Assembly (NCBI GenBank): GCA_023213395.1
Contig: CM041465.1
Location: 143,909,741-143,973,740, forward strand
Direction: 5' to 3'
Length of the DNA: 64,000 nt
From: Cycas panzhihuaensis
Lineage: Eukaryota > Plantae > Cycadophyta
Shown here: positions 1 through 11,923 of the stretch, piece by piece
Layout of the letters: each line of letters starts with the position of its first letter
Position numbering within the stretch: the stretch's first letter is position 1
The notes under the pieces: generated by a model
Told to the model about the DNA's origin: nothing
The model's input: the letters and a program-made list of their open reading frames with translations, nothing else
Database searches by the model: none
Translations under genes and position numbers: made by a program

Positions 1-32
1 TTAAGCTTATTTTGGAGTATTGTATAATATTA

Positions 33-1913
33 TTAATTGTAAAATTTCTTGAGAAACTACCCATTGATGGATTTCTCAAACCTAAAACCCTCAAAAGTAG
101 AAATTCAATAAGCATCATTTGAAAAATCCTCTAAAACCAAAAATGGGCCTACCCATTTAGGAGTAAATTTTGGAAGATGATCATGTAGATACTCCAACTT
201 AAGGACCTCATCCCTAGGGCTGAATATACAAGGCCAAATATGCTTACCATAGGGTCATTTGTCTTTGGATTTAGAAGCTAAATTCTTTTGATATATAGCC
301 AAGTGATCTTCATCTAAGACTTCTAAATCTAAGAGGCATGCTTAATGGTGCCACTATTCATCAATAAAATCTTTCATTAACACCCTTAAGGATGTGATCT
401 CTACTTTGAGTGGAAGGATTACTTTCAACCCATAAGTGAGAAGGGCATCATGCCCATGGCTATTTATGTGAATGTTTGATAGTCCCACAAAGTATGATAC
501 AATTGTTGGTTCCTATCTCAATGAGATTTAGACATTATTTTCTTCAAGATTAAGATAAGACTATTATTGAATGCCTTACCTATGCATTCACTTGGGGGTA
601 ATAGAGTGATAAGGTTCTATGATTTATATGGAACTTATCACATAGTTCATCTATCTTGTTATTAAAAAATAAGGTTCTATTATTTGTAATTAAGACATTT
701 AGGATCCTAAAGTGACAAATAATATGTTAACAATAAATGTAGCATTGACCTTAACCATAGTTAAAGACAAAGGGTTTACCTCTATCTATTTAGTCAAATA
801 TTCTATCATACTTAAGATGAACTTATCTTGCAAGGATGATGGAGGCGTGATAGCCCTAATAAGCTTTAAACCCCATCATGAGAAGGGCTAAGGAGAGATA
901 AAGGCATATAGAGCCTATGATGATCAGTTAACAACATTAGAATGCTTTTAACACTTCTTGTATTTTTGAATATATGCATGGGAATCCTTGAATAAGGATG
1001 GCCAAAAGAAACCCATTCGTAGGATTCCCTAAGCCATAAGTTTCCCCCCAAAGTGTCCTCCACAAATTCTATCATGGCAGTTGTAGAGGATCTATTGTGT
1101 TTTTTTAGGGTTAATACAATTAAAAAGAACCCCTTTAAAGGATCTTTTATAAAATGTATCATGTATAAAAAAATATTATTAGGTAGTAATCCTAACATAT
1201 TATTTCACTTTATCACTCACATCCTTAGGATACATTTAATGAACTATATAATAAATGGCATTGTCATACCATTTATTCATTGTTAATAGGCATTTCTTCT
1301 TCAACCTACTTAGGGTATAATAGCTCCATCAGGTAGAGAATCATCCACAAGAATATTGTAGGATTAGGGAGAGGCATATGAGCTAATTACTTAGCTATGA
1401 CCATCCCCTTCTTAAATTTTCTATTAACCATTTATAAGTCATATTCATACAAGAGGACTACCCATTTCCCTACTTACCCCATTAGGTTAGATTTTGTTAA
1501 CAAGTAATTAAGAGAATCATATTGTATAATGGCATTGATTATGTTGCCAAGGAGATAATGCCTTAACTTCCTAATGGTAAATATGAGTCTAAGACACTCT
1601 TTCTCTATGGGGGTATTATTGATCTCAGTCACTGTGAGAGTATGACTGATGAAATAGATAACATGCTTAAACCCAAATCATCCTCCTAAGCTAACATGGC
1701 TCTAATTAACTCCTTTGTGAATGATGTATATAGGACAAAGGGTTTATCGAAATGGGGTAGGGCTAAGGTTGGGGTAGAGAGTAGGCCTTATTTTAAATCA
1801 TCAAAAGTAGCCTTAGTGGTTAGTGCCTATGTAAAAGAGATCCCCTTTATAAGGAGATTCATAAAGAGCTTGGCACTCATTATACATTTTCCAAAGAAAT
1901 ACTTCAAGAAACC
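33..1913 (-). pseudogene. Gypsy pol remnant: RNase H plus integrase
   Basis: Hand translation: EKECLRLIFTIRKLRHYLL (RH), CHDRICGGHFGGKLMA*GILRMGFFWPSLFKD (integrase zinc finger), C-terminal GPF..NDAY..SING..LKKFYN*; many stops and frameshifts. Confidence 0.85.
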
Positions 1914-2197
1914 TGTTGGAATAATGCTCATATAGATGCTTGTATCCACCTTGGTCTAGTTACCTACATTAAGGTTATAACCTAGATCAGTGGAGATACT
2001 TTGGTAGTAGCATGTCAAGTGTTTATCAATTCTTGTCAAAGGTAGACTTTGAGAGTTGTATCAAATCCTTCTTAGTCCCACTTATTTATTCATGGGTTTT
2101 GATAACCCTAGTATTCATCAACACCACTATCCTCATAGATTCATGGTTCTCCCTTTCTTTAATTTTACTCTACTCCTTTTATTCTTTGATTCCATCA
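1914..2197 (+). repeat. 5' LTR of the ubiquitin-carrying element
   Basis: TGTTGGAATA...GATTCCATCA; aligns colinearly with 5177-5460; followed by TT-TGGTATTATAGCC. Confidence 0.9.
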
Positions 2198-2789
2198 TTT
2201 GGTATTATAGCCACCTTCCCTATTTAAAGAGCCAACACTCAAGTATTTAGAGCCATCATTTAGGTGTTTAAAGTTATATTTGGATAAGCCATCTATGGAG
2301 GAGTCTATTGCAAATACTATTGGTATATTTATTTTATCATTTAATATTTTTGCTTACCTTCATAAGTTTGTTTATCTTAAAGGTTGTTAATCATCTGTCT
2401 ATATCTATCTGATCTTTCATTAGAAGAGGTTCTTATCATTGTGTTTTATCTGCATATTTCATACTTGAATATTTCATCTAGTTTATAAGAGGTGATATTA
2501 CCATTGTAAAGCCTAACTCATTCCCAATATTGCATCCAAATTGTAACCTCTGCTAATTTCTCTAAAGTTTCCCTAGTAAGATACTTGAAACCATTATTAC
2601 TTCCATTTTTCTTCTCTAGAACTTGCCTAGTTTGTAAGCAACATTTTTTATTTTGCTTAAATGCTCTCAAAGAAATTCCTTCTCTTCTTTTTCTATTCCA
2701 TCTTAGTTCCCATTTTGTACTTATTTTGCACACGTCTACTCACCAAACCAAGCTAGACCCATATCTACCTATTTTGTCTCGTTCATTGT

Positions 2790-2998
2790 TCACATTTGTT
2801 CATCATATTGACAACCCAACATTATCAACAAAGGCTGAATAATCCCTCCACGTAGCCTCAATACAAGGTGCAACATTGCCTCTTTTTTAATGTTATAGTT
2901 AGCTAGAGTATGGTCATCTTCCAACTATTTGCCTACAAATATTAACTATTGTTGATCATGGGGGATCCCTTCCTTATTCTCCATTTTTTAGATCTCAT
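2790..2998 (-). pseudogene. Ubiquitin-60S ribosomal protein L40 fusion fragment (C-terminal about 60% of ubiquitin plus the first about 17 aa of L40)
   Basis: Minus strand reads [61 protein letters not shown], versus ubiquitin [46 protein letters not shown] and L40 IIEPSLMMLARKYNQDKM; no intron in this span. Confidence 0.92.
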
Positions 2999-4749
2999 CT
3001 TAGAGTTATGTATTAAGGAGATTGATCTAGTAAATAAACTAGTTGAATGTAGTAACCTTATGTTGGCTACCCATTTCTCTTCATCTTGGATTTGAAGATT
3101 GTATTACTACTTTAGTTTCTCAAAGAAAGCACCATTGATAGCTATTGTAGTAGTTGAATCATCACACATGAGTAGTACCTCAATGGCACTAGTATTCACA
3201 CTCCATGGATCTATACCATAATGCAAATCTTTGCACTTAAACATTTTTCTTTGTTGTGCAACCTTTTAATATATTTATGTAGTTGTTTTTTGTTAACCAG
3301 TGGCTCCATTTAATATTTACATTTTGTATTCTTAGGAATTTTATATTTGTGCCTTATGTAGGATTTGTATTATTTGCATCATCCAAATACATTTTGCATC
3401 CCTTTCTATTGTTAACTAGTGGTTGCATTATAACCAACATATTTGAGTAGTGGATATCAACATTACATCATATGTGGCATTATGATTATATCCTTTAGTT
3501 CACATTATTTTATTACTCGCATGCCCATTTTTATCTACCTTTTAGTGTTATTATTTTATCACTCGTATGACATATGTTGAAACATTATGAAGATTGTATT
3601 ACTTTATGACCTTTGTCGTTATAAAGAGTACTTACTACCTTGTATGACTATTATCTCTTCCATTGAATGTGCGTCACCCATGATACATGAAGACTCTGTG
3701 TATATCTTTTTTTATTGACAAAGAAATCAATGCATTTGAATGTTATTTAAAAAGTTATATACATTTTCATCTAGAGATTACATGGAATTTTTTTTTCAAG
3801 TACATGATAAATTTCATTAGACATTTATAGAAGTGACTTTGATGTGTTTATTTAAATCATTAGTTATCATTTCATACTCTACTTGAAGTGATCAATATTT
3901 ATATATTTATTAGTTAGAGCATTCAAAATCCTTTTCAATGTCTCGTAGCCCTCCTATCTTGTAGCTTATAGGTCATATTTAGTATTCAAGTGACTGCAGG
4001 ATAGTTTTCAAAGGGGCTAATCTATTTTTATAAGAGGTTACTTCAAAACTAGTACCTATTTCCGCTTGAACAATAATATATGTCACCAATGAGGTCTATT
4101 TTCAATTTTGACAGCTCTAATACATTCTACACTTTAACTTGAATGAAATGAGTGGTCACACAATTATGTTTGGTCTTCATTTAATAACTTTTGTTAATGG
4201 TTAAAAATTGATAAAAAATTTTCTTTGAGGTTTATGCACTAAAGGGCTCTTTATCCATTTTGACCTCCTTATATATTTTAATGTATAACTTGGTCATTTA
4301 AAGTTAGAACTAATTCACATTTGAGGCATTGGATTCCTATTTTAATCCTATTTTGAGTGTATAATATTTTAAGATTTTTAGAAGTCATTTGATGTAATAT
4401 TTTAATAACCAAATTTTATGCTAGTTTTGGGCTTCTTACATGATGACCTTTGAACAAAACTAGCAAAATTTTAGTTCACAAACATCATTAGTACAAAATT
4501 CTTACTTTAGAGGAGGTTAAGTCTCAATTGGGATACTTGTGCATATCCTAAAGTTAAAGTGGGACAAGTTTTTCTTAATTTTTTAAGTGCCTTTATTACC
4601 TTCTTTAAGTGTTTTTTCAATATTTATTTTCAAGCTATTATTTTAAGGTAATTTTTCCTCATTATGGCCTCAAGTATTAATAATGTAATGGCGCTAAAGT
4701 TTGATGGTAATCTAAATTAGACTAGAAAAATGGAACCCATTTTTGTATC

Positions 4750-5150
4750 CAAGAATATGCATTTAGTTTGGGTTCAGCAATAGCAACATGGAGTTCAAAG
4801 AAGTAGGCAACAGTATCTTTATCTATTGTAGAAGAAGAGTACAAAGCAGTTGTAGTAGGAGCATGTGAGATATTTTGGCTTAGAATATTGCTTCAAGATT
4901 TATAGGAAGAATAGGTTGGTCCCACTCAGTTTCTTTGTGATAATCAAAGCACCATTCAAATGATTAGGAATCTAGTGTTTTGTGGTAGAACAAAGTACAT
5001 TAAAACATAAAATCACTTCATTAAAGAGTTGGTACACCAAGGTGAACTAAAATTAGTCTATTGTAGCATAGAAGAACATGTGGTAGACATATTCAAAAAG
5101 GCAATTAGTAAAATAAAGTTTAACAAATTTAAAGATAAACTTGGAGTATT
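4750..5150 (+). pseudogene. Ty1/copia RNase H remnant
   Basis: FSLGSAIATWSSKK*ATVSLSIVEEEYKA...CDNQSTIQMIRNLVFCGRTKYI...VVDIFKKAI...KLGV, ending just before the PPT. Confidence 0.9.
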
Positions 5151-5176
5151 CCTAAAAAGGCATTATGGAGGAGAAA

Positions 5177-5460
5177 TGATGGAATATTTTCCATATTGAG
5201 GCCTATATCCATCTTGAGATGATTACCCACATTGGGGTGATAACCTAGATCAATAGAGATACTTTGGTAGTAGCATGTCAGCCATTTGTCAATGTCAATC
5301 TGTAGTTGACTTTGAGGGGTGTGCTAAATCCCTCTTAATCCTATTTATTTATTCATAGGATCTAATGACCCTAATATTCATCAACACTACCATTCTCATG
5401 GATTGGTGGTTCTCCCTTTCTTGCATTATATTCTACTCTATTTATCCCTTGATTCCATTA
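5177..5460 (+). repeat. 3' LTR of the ubiquitin-carrying element
   Basis: TGATGGAATA...GATTCCATTA, preceded by purine tract GGAGGAGAAA and followed by TSD AAACC. Confidence 0.9.
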
Positions 5461-5465
5461 AAACC

Positions 5466-6300
5466 AAGTTATCTGAGGAAGGGTTTAATTTATTTTTTAG
5501 TCTAGAATGGGTGCATCTCTAGGCTTGCCCTAATATTTTTAAGGTTAACCTTGATTCCTTATTAAATAATAATGAACCCCAAGAGTTTATTTATAATGAT
5601 TGCAAACACACACTTGTATGAGCTCAAACTTACATGGAATTTTCTACACCTTAGAAAGATCTTTTTAAGTTCCATAAGATAATTTACCCTTTTTCATGAA
5701 AGTCCAAGTAGGTCATCTGTAAATACTTTGAGAATCTTGTTGATGTAATCATGGAATATAAAATGCATGGCCTATTAGTAAGTGGCACTAGCATTTTTAA
5801 GTCTAAAGGGCATTGCTTTATAAGCAAACATACCCCAAAGAGTCATGAAGGTTATTTTATAATAGTCCTTAGGAGAAATTTAGATTTGATCATAGCTTGA
5901 GAAATTTCCCATGAGGAACATGACTTCAAAATTTGATATCTTATCTATGATTTGATAAATGAAGGGCAAGGGGAAGTTGTCCTTAAGGCAAGTATTATTG
6001 ATGTCTTTAAAATTAATGCAAATGCATATTGCCCTATTCTTTTTTAAAATTAGGATGATGTTAAAGACCCAACATGGATAATTATTAGATATGATCAAGC
6101 ATATATTATGGAGCTTCTTAACATCCATCTTCATGGTAGCCAAAAGTCTTAGATGGATAGGGCATTATTTCTACCTCATGAGCTTAGCCCTATAAAGGAT
6201 TATAAGGTTATGGATAATAATCTAAGGGCTTATGCCTTTCATGTCAGTATAATCCCACATTAAAGCATCTTGGAACTCTTGAAAGATCTCTGTGTATTCA
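5466..6300 (-). pseudogene. Gypsy reverse transcriptase remnant of the host Tat/Ogre-like element
   Basis: ORF 5880-6143 NFKDINNTCLKDNFPLPFIYQIID..MFLMGNFSSYDQI matches DFRDLNKACPKDxFPLPxID..SFMDGFSGYNQI; MPFRLKNASATY and KLLGFII follow. Confidence 0.88.
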
Positions 6301-6580
6301 AGTATTTCTTTAAGGGAACACTTAGCCCCTACTTTGATGATCTTTTAAGGAGCTAAGATGATGTCAATAGTGTCTTTTATTAGGAGGATATTCCCCTTCT
6401 TAAAATGAGAAGGAGCTTGGTCAAGTGGTGGGCCTAAGGTAGGCTAAGTTATAATGGGCTCAACCAATAGCAAATTGATGGAAAGGTATTTTTAATATCC
6501 CAAATTATGCTGATTTAGAGATTAGTTAAAAGCTACACCTATGAGATACTCTAATAATGCCATATCATTCCTAAAGTAAT

Positions 6581-7229
6581 TATTGGGTATTGTGACAACA
6601 ATGGTTGGAGGTTTAAATTTTGGTATGTTGAGAGCGTGGTTTCCCACCCAAACCTTTCTTGGGGGGTTCCAAGGGGGGATGGAGCCCCCCTTGGCTAAGG
6701 GGGTGTGGGGGGCATGGAATGCCCCCCGCTAAGAGGGGGTTTGGGGGCGATAGCCCCCAATCCAGAAAATTTAGCACTAGAAACTATATTAAATTGTAAA
6801 GAGAACCAGGGTCATCCAATAAAAATACCCTAGATTCTACGGTCCATATTTGTGCATTGTATGACTCTCTCATGTAGCACGATTTAGGGCATATTTCATT
6901 ATGTTGAGGTTGTTCAATGTACACTGAGGAGTTGGGAAGCTAGTTGTTGTTGCTGTGAGGACTCTACTACAGGATTATGTACATTTTCTCCATTTTATAA
7001 TAATATAGATTGATACCTTTGCTGTGTGGATGTTTCCCTAGCACACTGCTAGGATTTTACCACGTTATATCGGGTGTATTTATGTGCTTGGTTTTCTTAT
7101 TCAGTTTATTTATTTTATCTCTAGTTTAAGAACTTGCATGTAATCTTTAGTTTTAATTCATGTAACTAGTTGCAAGATTAGGTTAGATCTTGGTAGCGAT
7201 TTAAGGGTTGGGACCTTGTATTCTCAACA
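6581..7229 (+). repeat. 5' LTR of Tork-like copia
   Basis: TATTGGGTATTG...TTCTCAACA (TG mutated to TA); colinear with 11276-11923. Confidence 0.93.
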
Positions 7230-7301
7230 AGTGATATCAAAGCCACTTTTATTTTTGCAATGAGTTTGTAAAGGTTTTAGTGTCAGCTTTCTCTACACCA
7301 A

Positions 7302-10300
7302 ATGGTGAAACTGGCAAGTGCAAAGTTTAAGGTGGAGAAATTCAATGGCAAGAACAACTTTGAGTTGTGGAAACTGAAAGCATATGATGTTCTTATATAA
7401 TAGGGTTTATACAGAGCTCTTGCAGGCAAAATGAAGAAACCCGCAGGGATGAACGATGATGAATGGGATGATCTAGACAAAAAGGCTCTTAGCATAATAT
7501 GATTGTGCTTGGCAGATGAATTTCTATTTAACATCACAGCGGAGTAAACAGCAGCAGGATTATGGACTCAGTTGGAAGGCCTATATATAACCAAATTAGT
7601 GATGAATTGAATCTACTTGAAGAGGCAGTTGTACTCATTACGGATGAAGGAAGGTACAAAAATTGTTGACCATTTAAATATTTTCAATACTCTTATTTGT
7701 TAGTTGGCTAGTATCGATGTTAAAATTGAGGATGAGGACAAGGTTGTTACCTTGTTATGCTCATTACCAGAATCTGAGGATAATATTGTTACCTCAATTA
7801 GTTTTAGCACTATAGATGAATTAGAATATGATTTTGTTGTGAGTGCTTTGCTGATGGAAGAAGTGTGGAGGAAGTCTAGTCTTGAAACCTCCACACCAAA
7901 AGCTATGATAGCAAGGGGTAGAATAATTGATAGAGGACAAAGCTCCAGGGATACATCGAGGTTAAAGTTAAAAGGCAAGAAGAGTAAGCTTAGGTCTTAG
8001 CACTGTAATAAGACCGGTCACCTTAAGAAGGATTGCTACAAAAGGAAGGAGTTCCAAAAGAAGGAAGATCCTATCAAGGAGGTAAATCAGGTGGAGTCAA
8101 ATGAAGGTATGGATGATGATGTCTCGGTTGCTTGTAATGTTTCTCATTATCACCATGACTGGTTATTAGATTCAGGTGATTCACACCATATGTGTCCACA
8201 CAGGAGTTGGTTCTCATCATACCAACCTCTTGATGGTGGTGATGTGCTTATGGGAAATGAAGTTTCTTGTAAGATAGTGGGCATTAGTAGCATCAGAATT
8301 AAGATGTTCGATGGGGTAGTGAGAACATTAACTAAGATTAGACATGTACCTGATCTAAAAAGGAATATGATTTCCTTGGGTGAACTAGATTCATGTGGTT
8401 TTAAGCATACAGGTCATGAAGGAGTCCTAAAGGTGTCAAAGGGCTCCTTAGTTATTACGAAAGCCTTAAAGAAAGGAAATCTTTATATTTTAGTGGGAAG
8501 TATAGATATCAGCCAAGCAACTACAATATCAAAGACTGCAAAAGATTTAGCTTAGTTATGGCATCAAAAACTTGGGCACATGAGTGAGAGAGGACTTAAG
8601 GTGCTAAAAAACCGTAAGTTACTTCCTGACTTACAACTTTCAGATTTGGCTTTTTGTAAACATTATGTTTTTGGAAAATAGTATAGACTCAAGTTTAAAG
8701 TAGGGAGTCACACTAGTAAAGGTGTTTTGGATTACATACATTCAGATGTATGAGGACCAGCCCCTAAAATATCTTGTGGAGGATCATTGTATTTTGTCAC
8801 ATTTATAGATGATTACTCCAGGAAGGTATGAGTATATTTTTTGAAAAGGAAATCTAAAGTTTTTAGTGTGTTTAAGTAGTTCAAGGCTTTAGTTGAGAAC
8901 AACAATGGTAAGTCAATCAAACGTTTAAGAACTGATAATGGATGTGAGTTCAACTCCTTGGAGTTTAAGAAGTATTGCAAAGAAGTTGGGATCGAAAGAC
9001 ACAAGGCCACTAGCTATACTCCACAACAAAATGGTATTGTTGAGCGCATGAATATGACACTCTTGAAAAGAGCAAGAAGCATGCTAAGTAATGCTGGAAT
9101 GGAGCAGGGCTTGTGGGAAGAAGTCATTCAAATAGCTTGCTATCTAGTAAGCAGGTCACCATCACTTGTAATAGACTACAAGATTCCTGAAGAGGTATGG
9201 ATTGGACATCCATATGACTATACAAATTTGAGAGTTTTTTGTTATGATGCTTATGCCTAGACTGATAAAAGTAAACGTTCAAAGTTAGACCCAAAATCCA
9301 AGAAATGTATCTTTATTGGTTATGGTGATAAAGATGGTATGAAGGGATATAGGTTGTGAGATCCTAGTGCCCACAAAACCACCATTAACAGAGATGTTGT
9401 ATTTGATGAATCTCCTCTTCTAAAATCAGATAGTGTAGAAGTTGAAGTAAAATAGGAGCAGAAAGATGAACATCAACAGGTCAAGTTTGAAACCCAGCCA
9501 TCTTTGGAATTAGAAGAGCAAGAAGATCTTTCTGAAGATGAATCTGCAACAGATTTATAGGAGTATGTGGATACTCCTCTGCCAACAGTTAGAATATCTA
9601 TACGAGTTAGTCATCCACCTAACAGGTATAGCATGTCTACTTCTGTTGCTTTGGTTTCTAATGATGGTGAGCCTACATGTTATTAAGAAGTAGTAGATGA
9701 TATCCATAGTGAGAAGTGGAAGAGGGCTATGTAGGAAGAGATAGATGCATTAAAGAAAAATAATTCATGGGACTTGGTAGAACTTCCACATGGCAAGAAG
9801 ATTGTTGGTTGCAGGTGGGTTTTTAAGATGAAAATAGATGTTGATAAAAAGGTTGACAAATATAGGGCAAGACTGGTGGCTAAAGGCTTTACACAGAAAG
9901 TAGGTATTGACTTTCATGAGATCTTTTCACCAGTTATCAAACTTGTTTCAATTTGAGTGTTGTTAGCATTGGTAGCTTCTATTGATTTGGAGTTGGAGCA
10001 GTTAGATGTAAAAACAGCTTTTCTACAGGGAGATTTAGATGAGGAGATCTATATAAATCAACTAGAAGGGTTTGTACAGGACAACAAAAAAAGGCTTATT
10101 TGCAAGCTCAATAAATCATTATATAGCCTGAAGCAATCTCCCAGGCAATGGTACAAGAAGTTTGATGCCTTCATGAAGAGCCAAAATTTCAAAAGAAGTG
10201 AGTATGATCATTGTATTTACTTTAAATTTATGGATAATGGCTTATTCATTATCTTGGTATTGTATGTTGATGACATGCTGGTTACAAGCAAGAGCATGGA

Positions 10301-11218
10301 AGAAATCAATAAGTTAAAGGATCAATTAGCTAGGACTTTTGATATGAAGGATCTAGGAGTTGTAAAATAAATCTTAGGTGTGGAGATACATAGAGACATG
10401 AAAAATGGAATCTATGGTTATCACAGCAGAAATATATGGAGAAGGTGCTAACCAAGTTTGGTATGGAAAATGTGAAACCAGTGAGTATCACATTAGCTTC
10501 CCATTTCAAGCTTTCTTCAAGCATGAGTCATAGTAATAAAGAAGAAAAGGATTATATATCTTGTGTGCCTTATGCCAGTGCAGTAGGAAGTTTGATGTAT
10601 GCCATGGTATGTACAAGACCTGACATTTCACATATAGTCAGTGTAGTTAGTAGGTTTATAGAAAATCCAGGAATGGAACATTGGGTAGCAGTGAAATGGA
10701 TGCTTCAATATTTGAGAGGCACAGGTGACTATTGCATCACCTTTAGAGGTACAGATAATCAAGTTTATGGATATATTGATTCAGACTTTGTAGGAGATTT
10801 AGATAAGAGAATGTCTACTTCAGGTTATGTATTTACTCTTATAAATGGTCCAGTTAATTGGATGTCAAAATTATAGAGCACAATTGCATTATCAACTATA
10901 GAAGTTAAATATATTGCTACAGCACATGCTTGTAAAGAAGCAATATGGTTACAGGGTCTATTGGTTGAACTTGGAAGAAAACAAAAAAAGGTAAAGGTAT
11001 TTTGTGACAGTCAAAGTGCCATTTACTTAGCCAAGAATCCAGCTTATCATAGTAGAATAAAGCATATTGCTCTTAAGTACCATTTTGTTAGATAGGTTGT
11101 GGAAACAGGTGGAGTGGCACTTGAGAAGGTTAATACAAAACAAAATTATATTAATATGTTCATAAAACTAGTACCATTAGAGAAGTTCAAATGGTGTTTG
11201 ACTTCTCTTGGCTTGTAA
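7302..11218 (+). pseudogene. Copia gag-pol polyprotein with in-frame stops and a frameshift
   Basis: VEKFNGKNNFELWK (gag), C..TGHLKKDC knuckle, WLLDSGDSHHM (PR), TPQQNGIVER (INT), YRARLVAKG / QLDVKTAF / LYVDDML (RT), DSDFVGDLDKRMSTSGY (RH). Confidence 0.95.
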
Positions 11219-11275
11219 AAAAGATGATGAAGGGTCCAGGAAAGGTACCAAGTAAATTGTTGTCAAGGTGGAGAT

Positions 11276-11923
11276 TGTTGGGTATTGTGACAACAATGGT
11301 TAGAGGCTTAAATTTTGGCATGTTAGCAGTGCGGTTTCCCCCCCAAACCTTTCTTGGGGGGTTCTAAGGGGGGCAGGATCCCCCCTTGGCCAGGGGGATT
11401 TGGGGGGCGTGGAACGCCCCCTGCTAAGAGGGGGTTTAGGGGCGATAGCCCCGACCCAAAAAAATTAGCACTAGAAACTATATTAAATTGTAAATAGAAT
11501 TAGGGTCGCCTGATAAAAATAGCCTAGATTCTATGGTCCAGATTTGTGCCTTGTATGACTCTCTTATGTAGCTTGATTTAGGGTATATTTCATTATGTTA
11601 AGGTTATTCAATGTATAGTGAGAAGTTAGGTGATTGGTTATTGTTGCTGTGAGCACTCTATTACAGGATTATATACATTTTCTCCATTCTGTGACAATAA
11701 AGATCGATACCTTTCCTGTGTGGATGTTTCCCTAGCACACTGCTAGGGTTTTACCATGTTATATCAAGTGTATTTATGTGCTTGGCATTCTTGTTCAGTT
11801 TATTTATTTTATCTTTGGTTTAAGAACTTGCATGTAATCTTTAGTTTCGATTTCTATAACTAGTTGCAAGAATAGGTTAGATCTTGGTGGTGGTTTAAGG
11901 GTTGGGACCTTGTATTCTCAACA
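11276..11923 (+). repeat. 3' LTR of Tork-like copia
   Basis: TGTTGGGTATTG...TTCTCAACA followed by TSD GTAAT. Confidence 0.93.

Larger units (their letters stand above)
1914..5460 (+). mobile_element. Non-autonomous copia-derived LTR element (3.55 kb) carrying a captured ubiquitin-RPL40 fragment
   Basis: Paired 284 bp LTRs 1914-2197 and 5177-5460; perfect 5 bp TSD AAACC (1909-1913, 5461-5465); degenerate tRNA-iMet PBS at 2200-2212; PPT 5166-5176; only a copia RNase H remnant is recognisable, no gag/INT/RT. Confidence 0.9.
6581..11923 (+). mobile_element. Full-length Ty1/copia LTR retrotransposon (Tork/Tnt1-like), inactivated
   Basis: LTRs 6581-7229 and 11276-11923; TSD GTAAT (6576-6580, 11924-11928); PBS TGATATCAAAGCC at 7232; PPT AAGGTGGAGA at about 11265; domain order gag-PR-INT-RT-RH. 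Confidence 0.95.

Noticed and set aside
2790-2998. Functional ubiquitin gene
   Set aside because: Two internal stops, a frameshift near 2985, an unrecognisable N-terminus, truncated L40, and location inside an LTR element
6705-6729. Apparent compensatory base change in hairpin 2 between the LTRs (GCAT/ATGC versus GCGT/ACGC)
   Set aside because: Explained equally well by CpG deamination at each site, so it is not evidence of selection on structure
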